Of a DNA stretch of 64,000 bases, positions 24,312 to 33,743 are shown one piece after another. This DNA is from a virus. Lineage: Duplodnaviria > Caudoviricetes. The translations under genes were made by a program, and so were the position numbers. A model generated the notes under the pieces. That model made no database searches, had not been told where the DNA came from, and saw nothing but the letters and a program-made list of their open reading frames with translations. The stretch covers positions 1 to 64,000 of the IMG/VR virus record IMGVR_UViG_3300030708_002923; one strand, written 5' to 3'. Within the stretch, counting starts at the first letter, position 1, and each line of letters begins with the position of its first letter.

Positions 24312-25638
24312 TTTGGATGAAGTCCTCTCCGCTGGACAAAGAAGGCTCGGTGATCTACTGAGCATTGCTGAAAATGAGAACTGCATCAATCAGCCAAATC
24401 AAGAACCCGTTGAGGTTCCACTTCCTGAAAACGAAACGGATACCCGTATTGTTGATCTACTCGATCAATACACGGATAGGAATGGTGACCCATCCGGTCG
24501 GTTCAGGAAAAACAAAAACAACCTGTACATCATCTTGCGTAGGGACCGCAGATGGCGTGGCCGGGTGTGGCTAAACAGCTTTACCAACACACTTCAAATC
24601 GATGATCGGGACTACAGGGACACAGACGACACACGCATCGCTTTGTGGGTATCACGAGCATACGGCCTGGAGTACTCTGATGCTGCAGTCAGCGCTACAG
24701 TGCAGTTGATTGGCGAAGAAAACAAACGCAACCCACTATTGGAGTGGCTGGATTCACTTCATTGGGATGGAACCCCACGCTTGGCCTCATGGGTCATCGA
24801 GGCAACAGACTGCGATGATACGGACCTGAACCGGAAGATGGCTGAGAAGTGGTTGATTCAAGCCATCGCACGCGCATATAAACCGGGCTGTAAGGCAGAC
24901 TGCGTATTGATCCTGGCAGGAGATCAGGGCGCCGGTAAGAGCACCTTGTTCCGAACGCTTGCCACAGAAGAATACTTCGCAGATACACCTCTGGATATCG
25001 GCTCCGCAAACTCCTATAGCCAAATCGCACGAGCGTGGATTTATGAGGTTGCCGAGTTGGACTCCGTTCGTCGTTCAGCGAACAGTGCAACAAAAGCATT
25101 CTTGAGCGCGCAAGAGGATAACTTTCGCCCCGCCTATGGGCGCCATGCAATCACGATTAAGCGTCACGTTGTGTTCGCTGGAACAACAAATGAATCACAG
25201 TTCATTAATGACATGACGGGGTCACGTCGGTATTGGCCCATCAAAGTCAATGAGGTCAACCTTCATTGGGTTCGAGAAAATCGAGACCAGCTTTGGGCAG
25301 AGGCAATCGTAGCATTCAAAGCTGGAGAGACTTGGTATCTCGACAAAGAAATGGACGTGAAGCGTCACGATTCGAGCAAGATTTACAGGCAAGATGACCC
25401 ATGGATGGACCCCATCAGCACGTTCCTGATGGTTCAGCAGGGATGGGTGACTATGACTATGGTGATGGAAGAGGGTCTTAAAATCGAGAGGGGCCGAATG
25501 AATCGGAGAGACGAAATGAGAATCTCAGAGATTTTGCGTGAGTTGAACTATGAAAAGAAACGCATGATGCTCGGTGGAAAAAGAAAGTATGTTTGGGCAA
25601 AAAATGAAATACTGAAAGTAAAAAGTAAGGAAGCATAA
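24304..25638 (+). CDS. VapE/VirE-family P-loop ATPase (replicative helicase-like)
   Basis: WDGTPRL..RAYKPGCKAD.VLIL.GDQGAGKST..WIYEVAELD..KAFLS..D.FRPAYGR..VFAGTTN..FIND.TGSRRYWP. Confidence 0.9.
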   Translation: MADLDEVLSAGQRRLGDLLSIAENENCINQPNQEPVEVPLPENETDTRIVDLLDQYTDRNGDPSGRFRKNKNNLYIILRRDRRWRGRVWLNSFTNTLQIDDRDYRDTDDTRIALWVSRAYGLEYSDAAVSATVQLIGEENKRNPLLEWLDSLHWDGTPRLASWVIEATDCDDTDLNRKMAEKWLIQAIARAYKPGCKADCVLILAGDQGAGKSTLFRTLATEEYFADTPLDIGSANSYSQIARAWIYEVAELDSVRRSANSATKAFLSAQEDNFRPAYGRHAITIKRHVVFAGTTNESQFINDMTGSRRYWPIKVNEVNLHWVRENRDQLWAEAIVAFKAGETWYLDKEMDVKRHDSSKIYRQDDPWMDPISTFLMVQQGWVTMTMVMEEGLKIERGRMNRRDEMRISEILRELNYEKKRMMLGGKRKYVWAKNEILKVKSKEA

Positions 25639-27005
25639 TGAATAAAGTAGCATTGGGTGGCGGGGTATTTCTCGCACCTGGATATGAGAATGAAAAAGCG
25701 ATTTTAAGTAGATTTGAAATCGCAAACCCTGAGTATCAAATGGCCATGGGAATGCGTAAACAGGGACGATACGTCCCGATTCCCGACAAGCACATCAACG
25801 CTTGTCACCGTATTCCATACGATCACCCATGGGGTGGTGGTCTTGCAGTGCCACGAAAGGCTGCATCACAAATGGACCTTGGTAAAATCATCGATGTGAG
25901 AACTGATCCGGCAGCGCCATCTTTGCATCTTACGAAAGGATTTTCTCTGAGGGATTATCAACTGAAGGCCCTGGACTCTTGGAAGTCAAACGGTGGAGAG
26001 GGTGTAGTCATCGCACCATGCGGTGCCGGTAAGACTGCAATCGGCGTTGCTGCCATGGCTGAGTACAACACGAAGGCCCTGGTTTTAGTTCATACGAACG
26101 ATCTGGCAGTACAGTGGATGAATCGAATCGAATCGATGCTCAACGAAAAGGCAACACAGTATGGCGCGGGTAAGAAAAATGATTCTGGACGGATTGTTGT
26201 CGCAACTTTTCAAACACTTGAACGAATGTCATTCACCGAACGATACACATTCGGCCGACAGTTTGGGCTCTGTATTGTCGACGAAGCCCACCACGTACCA
26301 GCCCATACCTTCTGCTCGGTCATGTTCTGCATGCCCGCCAGATACAGGCTTGGGCTTACAGCAACACCAGAGCGACCAGACGGATTGACCTCCATACTTT
26401 GGTGGCACTTCGGATCACCTGTGTATGAGATCACAAATGAACAGCTTACAATCTCCGGTCATGTAGTTGCTCCTGAAATTGAATGGCTATTCACTGACTA
26501 TTTGGGTCCACCAAATCGTGTGGATTGGTCCAAGCTGATTACAAAAATGACTACGGATGAAGGGCGCAACGAAAAGATTCTAAACAGGATTTTATCCGCG
26601 TGTCGAGAAGGCAGGCAGATTTTGGTTCTATCGGATCGGGTAGACCATTGCGTTTCATTGGCAGATACGCTTCAGACACACAATATTATTGCAGAGCCAT
26701 TGGTTGGCAGGATGACAAAAAAACAACGAACAGAGGTATTACAACGTGCGAATGATCGAGAAATTCAAGTCGTATGTGCCACAACGGTCGCAGATGAGGG
26801 ACTCGATTTGCCGTCACTCGATACAGTTGTGCTCACTACTCCGACAAAAGCTATGGGTAGAATCCAGCAAAGAATCGGACGGGTCATGCGACCACACCCA
26901 CAGAAAAAGAATCCGATCGTTATTGATTGCGTTGATGATAGTGGACCAATGCGTGGATTGGCTCGAAAACGACATAGACTCTACACTAAACTTGGATGCT
27001 CCTAA
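25638..27005 (+). CDS. Superfamily 2 DExH helicase (XPB/UvsW-like)
   Basis: LRDYQ, APCGAGKT, DEAHH, GLTATPER, ADEGLDLP, QRIGRVMR. Confidence 0.9.
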   Translation: MNKVALGGGVFLAPGYENEKAILSRFEIANPEYQMAMGMRKQGRYVPIPDKHINACHRIPYDHPWGGGLAVPRKAASQMDLGKIIDVRTDPAAPSLHLTKGFSLRDYQLKALDSWKSNGGEGVVIAPCGAGKTAIGVAAMAEYNTKALVLVHTNDLAVQWMNRIESMLNEKATQYGAGKKNDSGRIVVATFQTLERMSFTERYTFGRQFGLCIVDEAHHVPAHTFCSVMFCMPARYRLGLTATPERPDGLTSILWWHFGSPVYEITNEQLTISGHVVAPEIEWLFTDYLGPPNRVDWSKLITKMTTDEGRNEKILNRILSACREGRQILVLSDRVDHCVSLADTLQTHNIIAEPLVGRMTKKQRTEVLQRANDREIQVVCATTVADEGLDLPSLDTVVLTTPTKAMGRIQQRIGRVMRPHPQKKNPIVIDCVDDSGPMRGLARKRHRLYTKLGCS

Positions 27006-27006
27006 G

Positions 27007-27216
27007 ATGATCGATGTGTTGAAAAAATTACCGACCGGGTGGTCTATGATTGAAACAAACAACGGCTACCAAATCCGTGACCAAGATGATGAGTTTGTAT
27101 GCGAAGCAAAGTCACCACAGCGATTGAATGAAATCATAAACAACGAATTTGAGTTGGCGCAAATGTACGCCAGCATGATGTACGTTTTGAAATCATCACA
27201 GGCTGCAGAGGCTTAG
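27007..27216 (+). CDS. Hypothetical protein (69 aa)
   Basis: Follows the helicase stop. Confidence 0.55.
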   Translation: MIDVLKKLPTGWSMIETNNGYQIRDQDDEFVCEAKSPQRLNEIINNEFELAQMYASMMYVLKSSQAAEA

Positions 27217-27449
27217 TTTGCTCGTCTGGAAAGTCCAGCCCAATCACGCACACTGACTTTGTTTTTTGTAAAGTCTTCTATCGCTATCGCCAGTCGTAAA
27301 GACGGTATGGATCGGCCCGATTCGAGATCACGAAGATAAGCAACGGACACGCTCAAACCTTTCGGCTTTAGTGTTTCGTTCATCCATTTGCAGAATCCAA
27401 AACGGCTATTGAAAGCAGGTTGGCTTTCCCTAAAAGATCGAATGTCCAT
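27213..27449 (-). CDS. Cro/CI-type HTH regulator
   Basis: VSVAYLRDLESGRSIPSLRLAIAIE. Confidence 0.75.
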   Translation of the reverse strand: MDIRSFRESQPAFNSRFGFCKWMNETLKPKGLSVSVAYLRDLESGRSIPSLRLAIAIEDFTKNKVSVRDWAGLSRRAN

Positions 27450-27480
27450 AAAAAATCCAGTCAGAAAATGTCCGGTTGAG

Positions 27481-27499
27481 GTGATGTTATAACCATCAC
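27481..27499. promoter_or_regulatory. Palindromic operator candidate
   Basis: GTGATGTTATAACCATCAC between the divergent HTH and yqaJ genes. Confidence 0.45.
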
Positions 27500-27538
27500 A
27501 TCGTGATACCATACAGTCAAGCAAAGGAAAAACCAACA

Positions 27539-28453
27539 ATGAGTGAAACATTACCAACAATCGGAAGCAGTAGCATCGGCGCCATCCTTGGCCTCTCCCC
27601 ATGGAGTAGCCCATGGGACGTTTGGGCAAGAGCCCATGGTCTGAGTGAAAGTTCGTCATCAGCGGCAACGCAAAGAGGACACATCTTAGAACCGGCTATT
27701 GGAGCGCACTATGCGCACCTAAACAATGTGGAAATCAAAAAAGGGCCAGAGTACGAGGCCGATCCAATCATTGGGCCTGAGTCTTGGATGCACGCTCGAC
27801 CAGATTTTTTCGTGAAGTCAGACGATAATCACTGGCTGCTGGAGATTAAATCTACTCGAAAGTTTGATCACAGATGGGGGTTTTCAGGATCAAATGGTGT
27901 ACCTCCATACTACGCTGCACAGTGTATTTGGCAGATGGCAGTGACCGATGACGAGCGATGCGATCTGGCAGCATTTGCAACCATGAATGATGAATATAGA
28001 TCCTATACGATTCATCGTGACGAATCTGTTGAATCGAAAATGCTTGAATATGTCAGGGATTGGTACGACAGGCACATTCGTGGAGGGGCACCACCAGAGG
28101 TGGATGGATCTACTGCATGCTCCAAGTCGCTCGCAAAGATGTTCGAGCAAGAGTCAAAAACGTTTATTGAGCCATCCGAAACCCACATGGATTTAGCAAA
28201 ACAGCTTCATCAAATCCGAGCACAGTGTGCTGAGTTGGATGAGAAAAAACGAATGATTGAGAACAAAATAAAAGAAGAGATAGGCACCGCATATGGTATT
28301 AGTGGTGTAGCAACGTGGTCACAGAGCAAACCACGGAGCAGATTTGATCGCGCTTCATTTGAGGCCGATCACCCACACATCGCCAAAAACTACTTGAAGG
28401 TTGGCGAACCAACACGAACATTCAGATTTCAATACACAGGAGAACAAAAATGA
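27539..28453 (+). CDS. YqaJ-like (lambda Exo family) exonuclease
   Basis: IGSSSIGAILGLSPWSSP..RGHILEP..ARPDF..LEIKST..YYAAQCIWQM. Confidence 0.9.
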   Translation: MSETLPTIGSSSIGAILGLSPWSSPWDVWARAHGLSESSSSAATQRGHILEPAIGAHYAHLNNVEIKKGPEYEADPIIGPESWMHARPDFFVKSDDNHWLLEIKSTRKFDHRWGFSGSNGVPPYYAAQCIWQMAVTDDERCDLAAFATMNDEYRSYTIHRDESVESKMLEYVRDWYDRHIRGGAPPEVDGSTACSKSLAKMFEQESKTFIEPSETHMDLAKQLHQIRAQCAELDEKKRMIENKIKEEIGTAYGISGVATWSQSKPRSRFDRASFEADHPHIAKNYLKVGEPTRTFRFQYTGEQK

Positions 28454-29268
28454 GCAATGCACTTCATCCAGCACATCAGTTTCGCAACGTAGTCGAATCC
28501 AAGGCATCGGACTTCCTCCAAGCAATGGCAGGTACGGAAGAGGGCGCCAAGGCCGCAGGGCGTGTCGCACTTGCGTTTAGACAAGCAGCACAAACCAACG
28601 ACCGTTTGTACGGTTGTGATCCAGTATCAGTGGCGCAAGCTGTGGCACTTTCGGCAATGACGGGGCTTATGCCCGGTGGCCCACTACCAGACGTTTATCT
28701 GCTGCCAAGAGGCAAAAGCCTACAGTGGCAGGTATCACATCGGGGCTTCGCTAAACTCGCAGCCAGAAGCGGTGTACGTCTTCGGACAAAGGCTGTATTT
28801 GAAAGCGATACGTTTCACGTCATTGAAGGTACAGAGCCGAAGCTTGAGCATGTACCAGACCTTTCTGCCGACCAGTCTTGGGACACGCTTGTAGCAGTCT
28901 ATGTAGTCGCACACTACAAAGATGGCAGCAAAGACTTTGTTGTGATCCGAAAGGCCGACATTGAAAAGCGTAGAGCAAACTCAGACTCGTACAAGCGAAA
29001 CAAAAATCAATCACCGTGGGGTCAGTGGCCTATTGAAATGGCGCTGAAGACAGGGCTTCGATACGCGTTCGCACGCGGCATCGTTTCGATGGACGACACA
29101 ACCACTAGCGCATATGAGCATGACGGTATGCAAGATGCATCAACTGATGACTTGCAGGTTGTTGAAATGAACGATGTTCCAGAAATGAACACCATGAATG
29201 TTTTGTCTGATCAGCTTGATGAACTGGTTCAACAAACCGAAAAACAAGAAACGTTAGTGGAGGACTAA
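28450..29268 (+). CDS. recT: RecT-family ssDNA annealing protein
   Basis: CDPVSVAQAV..GL.P..YLLP..WQVSHRG..SPW.QWPIEMALKT; adjacent to YqaJ. Confidence 0.85.
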   Translation: MSNALHPAHQFRNVVESKASDFLQAMAGTEEGAKAAGRVALAFRQAAQTNDRLYGCDPVSVAQAVALSAMTGLMPGGPLPDVYLLPRGKSLQWQVSHRGFAKLAARSGVRLRTKAVFESDTFHVIEGTEPKLEHVPDLSADQSWDTLVAVYVVAHYKDGSKDFVVIRKADIEKRRANSDSYKRNKNQSPWGQWPIEMALKTGLRYAFARGIVSMDDTTTSAYEHDGMQDASTDDLQVVEMNDVPEMNTMNVLSDQLDELVQQTEKQETLVED

Positions 29269-29275
29269 ATAGCAA

Positions 29276-29497
29276 ATGGCCCGTGACTACAAACGCGAAT
29301 ACGAACAATACCACAGCAAACCAAAGCAAAAAAAACGTAGAGCGGGCCGTAATGCTGCCAATCGTATTATGAAGATGGTTGGAAAGATAAAAAAGGGTGA
29401 TGGCAAAGACGTGCATCACAAAGATGGAAACCCACAAAACAATCAAAAATCAAACTTAAAAGTAATAAGTAAATCTAAAAATAGATCACAAAAATAA
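29276..29497 (+). CDS. Small HNH endonuclease-like protein
   Basis: KGDGKDVHHKDGNPQNN..SNL.V.SKSKNRS. Confidence 0.75.
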   Translation: MARDYKREYEQYHSKPKQKKRRAGRNAANRIMKMVGKIKKGDGKDVHHKDGNPQNNQKSNLKVISKSKNRSQK

Positions 29498-29508
29498 AAG
29501 GAAGTATC

Positions 29509-30165
29509 ATGAGTCTTTTTGAAGAATCAAAGCAGCAAAAAAATCCATTTGGTGAAAAGAAAAAGGAACACGAAAAGTCTGATTCTATACCTCAAATAAA
29601 CCAAACGTCTTCATTTTTGAGAATCTTAAACGCAGTGTTTGATGAACAAATGTTGTCTGAAAATGAATCTAAAAACTGTGATGGATTTAGAACACGTTTG
29701 TGCGACTCTTCCTGGCCTCTTCATAACCTTCAAGGTAATGTCACTGAGCCCACGTGGGCAAACATGATCAATGCCACTATTGCTGGAATGAAGAAAACGA
29801 TCAGCAACAGTCAACCCAACGGTGACTGGAAAATTCTCCAATACGAAACCAAGATTGATCACGACTCATCTGCTGTAGAGCGATTGTTTTTGGTTGTTAA
29901 GTTTGTAGATGTAGACAATAATAACGATCTTCAGTACACAAACGGTGCTCCTGTAGCAACAACTGTAAATGTTCAAAACAGCCCAATACCGCCTGAGTTG
30001 ATTGAAGCGTTAACAAATAAACCGACTGACGATTCTCGCCTGACTGGACTACTTGAGCAACTTGTAGAGGCAATTGCAGACAAAAAAACTCCAGCAAACA
30101 AGACCAAATCAGAGCCAGTTATCTCAAAAGATCCTGAACCTGAACCTGTTGTTTTCAACGACTAA
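29509..30165 (+). CDS. Hypothetical protein
   Basis: 218-aa ORF with AAGGAAG RBS. Confidence 0.7.
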   Translation: MSLFEESKQQKNPFGEKKKEHEKSDSIPQINQTSSFLRILNAVFDEQMLSENESKNCDGFRTRLCDSSWPLHNLQGNVTEPTWANMINATIAGMKKTISNSQPNGDWKILQYETKIDHDSSAVERLFLVVKFVDVDNNNDLQYTNGAPVATTVNVQNSPIPPELIEALTNKPTDDSRLTGLLEQLVEAIADKKTPANKTKSEPVISKDPEPEPVVFND

Positions 30166-30170
30166 AAACG

Positions 30171-30389
30171 ATGCCGTTGTATCGATTTGTGTGCGGTGTT
30201 TGCAATAACGCTGTTGAGCGCTTGCAAGCATTCGAAGATCCAAGCCCCCATTGTGGGGCTTGTGCTTTAGATCGTGGCACGTCCACTGAAATGAAAAGAG
30301 TAATTTGTGCTACCAACTTCACGTTGAAAGGAAGCGGGTGGGCGAAAGATAATTATGGTTTGAAAAATGACAAAAGTAATAAAACTTGA
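30171..30389 (+). CDS. FmdB-like zinc-ribbon protein
   Basis: MPLYRFVCGVC..E..Q..CGAC..KRVI..F.LKGSGW. Confidence 0.8.
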   Translation: MPLYRFVCGVCNNAVERLQAFEDPSPHCGACALDRGTSTEMKRVICATNFTLKGSGWAKDNYGLKNDKSNKT

Positions 30390-30495
30390 AAGACGATGCT
30401 GTATTGAGTGTGGACACATTTGGTTTGGTGAACTCAATTGTCCAAGGTGTGATGCACCAGGCGAGCCACTTCATGTTGAGCATCAGGTGCGATGA
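30367..30495 (+). CDS. 42-aa zinc-ribbon protein (not in ORF track)
   Basis: MTKVIKLERRCCIECGHIWFGELNCPRCDAPGEPL; ATGA-coupled to the next gene. Confidence 0.6.
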   Translation: MTKVIKLERRCCIECGHIWFGELNCPRCDAPGEPLHVEHQVR

Positions 30496-30989
30496 TGCCA
30501 GATCATTCATTAGACGACATTGTCCACTCTATACAATCTGCGGTTATAGCGGCGACCGATATTGCAGAGCGCCATGAACTTGATTCGATTAAAAAAGAAG
30601 AATTTTGGGAACGCAAGGTTGATGACAATGGAGAACCGGTCACAGATGACGACGGAAGACACATATATGTACCTCGCATGGTCGTCATGGAAATCCCAAT
30701 GTGGGAGGATGGAGTACTGGTACGAAAACGCATACCAGTCCCGTTGCAATCGCTTACGACTGGTCAAAGTCTGCGTGTGGATACGCTCGAAGTTGAAATG
30801 TCTGTTGAGATTTCAGGCCTGACCGCAGACAAGAAAGAAGGCAAGTTGATGGTCCGGCCATGTTCTAATACTCCGTCATGGTTCAAAAAAGAAAGCAATG
30901 CTGCTAAAGTAAAGCTGATCTTCAGGGGCAGTGAGCCTCCAGAAGGTTATGCAAGAATCGACGATCAATTAATCAAACTGCTTCCGTAG
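30492..30989 (+). CDS. DUF2589-like protein (short partner)
   Basis: LDDIVHSIQSAV..VPLQSL..LEVEM..PPEGYARI. Confidence 0.6.
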   Translation: MMPDHSLDDIVHSIQSAVIAATDIAERHELDSIKKEEFWERKVDDNGEPVTDDDGRHIYVPRMVVMEIPMWEDGVLVRKRIPVPLQSLTTGQSLRVDTLEVEMSVEISGLTADKKEGKLMVRPCSNTPSWFKKESNAAKVKLIFRGSEPPEGYARIDDQLIKLLP

Positions 30990-30998
30990 GAGAGCATC

Positions 30999-31604
30999 AT
31001 GGCAGATTCCGGCCTCGTAAAAATGTCAGACCAGTTTGGTGGTCTACCAATGGAACAACTCATTGGTGGTCCGCTGAAAGCAGCCTGTAACGCACAAACC
31101 CTACTGGCTAAGGCATCGAGCGACTTCATTAAAGATGTCGGTCTCGATGACGATGGCAAGGGCAACATGGCTGCACGCACTGTGGACTTTTCGTTCAACA
31201 AGCCTGTACAAGACGCTGCCGGAAACACGACCATGCAAAAGGTGGACCTTCAGGTTCCACTGCTCGCCATCATCAATACACCAAGCTTGTCAGTCAAGGA
31301 AGCTGAAGTGCGCTTCACCATGGAAGTTAAGTCTTCTACTTCGAGCAAGCAGACTTCGGATAGCAAGGCCGACCTTACAGCCAAGGCTAAGTACAATGCT
31401 GGTCTGTTCTCCTGCGAAGTGACCGTACACGGATCAGTGGCGAATCACAGCGAGAACACACGCAGCAGCGACAACAGTGCCAAGTACGACGTAAAGGTCG
31501 TTGCCCGCGACGACGGACCACCAGAAGGCTTGAGCCGCGTTCTTGATATGTTTAATGATGCTATCGCACCCACTCAGGGCGCTACACCAGTTAAGAAAAC
31601 CTGA
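30999..31604 (+). CDS. DUF2589-family protein
   Basis: FGGLPMEQLIGGPLKAA..AQ..VPLLAII..F.MEVKSS..TRSSDNSAKY..PEGLSRVLD. Confidence 0.75.
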   Translation: MADSGLVKMSDQFGGLPMEQLIGGPLKAACNAQTLLAKASSDFIKDVGLDDDGKGNMAARTVDFSFNKPVQDAAGNTTMQKVDLQVPLLAIINTPSLSVKEAEVRFTMEVKSSTSSKQTSDSKADLTAKAKYNAGLFSCEVTVHGSVANHSENTRSSDNSAKYDVKVVARDDGPPEGLSRVLDMFNDAIAPTQGATPVKKT

Positions 31605-31611
31605 TCTTCCC

Positions 31612-31700
31612 CTGGCCCCCCGTCACCCACATCGTCTGTCCCATCTCGGGGCGTGAGCATGGGCGATTCCTACCGGGTGCGGGGGGTCAGTTTACATTTT
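31612..31700 (+). terminator. 79-nt extended hairpin with U-rich tail ending the rightward operon
   Basis: CTGGCCCCCCG/CGGGGGGTCAG, CACCC/GGGTG, ATCG/CGAT, CCCAT/ATGGG, CTC/GAG. Confidence 0.55.
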
Positions 31701-31815
31701 CAACTGTAAGCGTTATCAGTAAATGAATCCACCTTTTTTGGTGTTGTTCAAATTTTGGGCTCAGATGGTCTGAGTCTGATTTCACTCGTGGATTAAAGCT
31801 GAGCCCATCTGAGAG

Positions 31816-32196
31816 TCACGACTCGGATGGGTTTATTTTTTCTATCGTTTCGACGATTTGAATATCCACCATACCTTCATCACTGCAGTCCTGTACCTCA
31901 AAAACAGTTTCGTCAGGCAGGCCGTCAACGTTCTCCAAGAAGTCGATGCTAGCGGTGCGTAACCGCCCCTCTGATCCTTCGTCAGAACAAATCGGAGTCA
32001 ATGTAACCACGGTCTTTTTGGTTGCTTTCAATGTAGCAACAGCAATAGGATCAGGGTTGACCACTGGTGGCTCAACAACCTGTTCAACCGGTTTTTCTTT
32101 TTTACTTCGAGATTTACCGTCGCCATCCACAACAAAACTTAGCCCTGCTGGTACGACAACAAACGTGCCGAAAAACATTAGAGCAAGGCCAATCAT
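31816..32196 (-). CDS. Membrane-anchored hypothetical protein
   Basis: N-terminal hydrophobic helix. Confidence 0.65.
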   Translation of the reverse strand: MIGLALMFFGTFVVVPAGLSFVVDGDGKSRSKKEKPVEQVVEPPVVNPDPIAVATLKATKKTVVTLTPICSDEGSEGRLRTASIDFLENVDGLPDETVFEVQDCSDEGMVDIQIVETIEKINPSES

Positions 32197-32852
32197 TTTT
32201 GTTCAGTGATCTCAAACAGTTCATCGATACGTTTTTTCATACGCTTGATCTGACGCTCAACGTCTTCGCCGTCAAAGTCTGCAGAAATCATCGAAGTCTT
32301 TTTCTGCACTGCACTCAGTTTAGCCTTCACGTCATCCAACTCAGCCTGCATCTTGGCGCTCGCAGCTTTACAAGGTGGCGGCTGTTCTCCCTCCATTCCT
32401 TGTGACTGCGCTTCCATTTTAAGCTTCTGCATTTCCTGTTCGTGCTTTTGCTCTGCTCGCTCACGATAAAAGTTCCAGGCTTTCGACCCACCAGCTACAG
32501 CCATACCAGCAAGAGCAATGGCTACCATTGGTGCGTAGTCTCCACCCAATGATTTAGCTGCGTCCGCAGCGGCCGTAATGTCTTGAGATACACCAACTGA
32601 TTCAACCAAATCGTTCACAGCAGCGGGTGCCGCAACAGTCTCTACGGGTGCCGGTGGTGGCGCAGGTGTAGGCGCAGGCTCTGATACTGGTGCCGGTGGG
32701 GGCTCTGGTGCAGGGGCAGGGGCAGCATCTTCAACTTTTGTTTCTTGTGCCATGGGTTTAGTTTCCTTCTCAACAGGTTTTTCGTCGTAGATTCGAATCG
32801 GTGATCCTAACTCAAGCTTACAATCAGATCCTTCTTTGACCACGCATTCCAT
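32193..32852 (-). CDS. Pro-rich linker, TM and coiled-coil protein (possible lysis accessory)
   Basis: APAPEPPP linker, hydrophobic MVAIALAGMAVAGG segment, coiled coil. Confidence 0.6.
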   Translation of the reverse strand: MECVVKEGSDCKLELGSPIRIYDEKPVEKETKPMAQETKVEDAAPAPAPEPPPAPVSEPAPTPAPPPAPVETVAAPAAVNDLVESVGVSQDITAAADAAKSLGGDYAPMVAIALAGMAVAGGSKAWNFYRERAEQKHEQEMQKLKMEAQSQGMEGEQPPPCKAASAKMQAELDDVKAKLSAVQKKTSMISADFDGEDVERQIKRMKKRIDELFEITEQK

Positions 32853-32858
32853 ATCAGC

Positions 32859-33170
32859 CTACTTGTTCCTGTCTAAAATACGATCTAATTTAGCCACAAT
32901 ATCGTTGTGTACCTTTGTTCGAGTAATCAAAAAGTCTTTAGATTGACTGTCTGCGGTGTCTCTATATTCTTTAATGACTCGATCGTAACGCTCACGCATC
33001 TTTTCAGACCGAGACTCATACTCTTTACGGATCTCATCCAGTTGCTCTTGAAAGCCTTCTACAAGCTTATCAAGCCGTTTCTGCATAGCCATGAACTGAT
33101 ACACCAGAAACGCTGCGAAAACGCCTAAGTGACCCCCTGATAGCAGTGTGTCTACCAGGGCCTCCATCAA
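32859..33170 (-). CDS. TM plus coiled-coil protein (holin/spanin-like candidate)
   Basis: GHLGVFAAFLVYQF TM; lies next to the lysin candidate. Confidence 0.5.
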   Translation of the reverse strand: MMEALVDTLLSGGHLGVFAAFLVYQFMAMQKRLDKLVEGFQEQLDEIRKEYESRSEKMRERYDRVIKEYRDTADSQSKDFLITRTKVHNDIVAKLDRILDRNK

Positions 33171-33742
33171 AACTCCGGTTCGTCAATCAGAGTGTAGGTA
33201 AAAGAGTTGCCCCACTTTTCTCGGGCCGCGTAGCAAATCGACATAAACTCTTCAAAGTCTTTGCTGTGACTGAATACTTGGCAACCAGCAGACCACTTGT
33301 CTACTTGCGTCGACGCTGATCCCGCTTTGTGGATATTGATTCCATAATAGCCTTCAGTAATAGACTGTACGTCAAGGTCAATAACGTCGTCTTTATTGCT
33401 ATCCCGGTAAGTTTTGACCGTACCGTTCCTCTGACAGAGCGCATCATACTTTCCTTGGTGCTTATCAATCTTCCAAACAGACCGATATTGTCCAGGTACA
33501 AGAATAGCAGTTCCTTCAACACGAGAGGGATTTTCCAACCAGTAGTTTCCAGGCTCAGTCGTACACTCCCATGTTCGAGTGATCCAACCCTGCTCATCCT
33601 TGAACACAACACAGATACGGTCATCAAAGCTATTTGCTTTGTGATTCCGGCTACGTATTCCTATGATGTTTAGGTTGTACTCACCTGATTCAAACACAGT
33701 GTGACCAAGAGATTCGACATAATCTAAAATAAGTGGGCGCAT
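33167..33742 (-). CDS. Putative endolysin with a YkuD/L,D-transpeptidase-like catalytic motif
   Basis: Start MRPLILDY at 33742; GINIHKAG..WSAGCQV (His..SxGC). Confidence 0.55.
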   Translation of the reverse strand: MRPLILDYVESLGHTVFESGEYNLNIIGIRSRNHKANSFDDRICVVFKDEQGWITRTWECTTEPGNYWLENPSRVEGTAILVPGQYRSVWKIDKHQGKYDALCQRNGTVKTYRDSNKDDVIDLDVQSITEGYYGINIHKAGSASTQVDKWSAGCQVFSHSKDFEEFMSICYAAREKWGNSFTYTLIDEPEF

Positions 33743-33743
33743 T

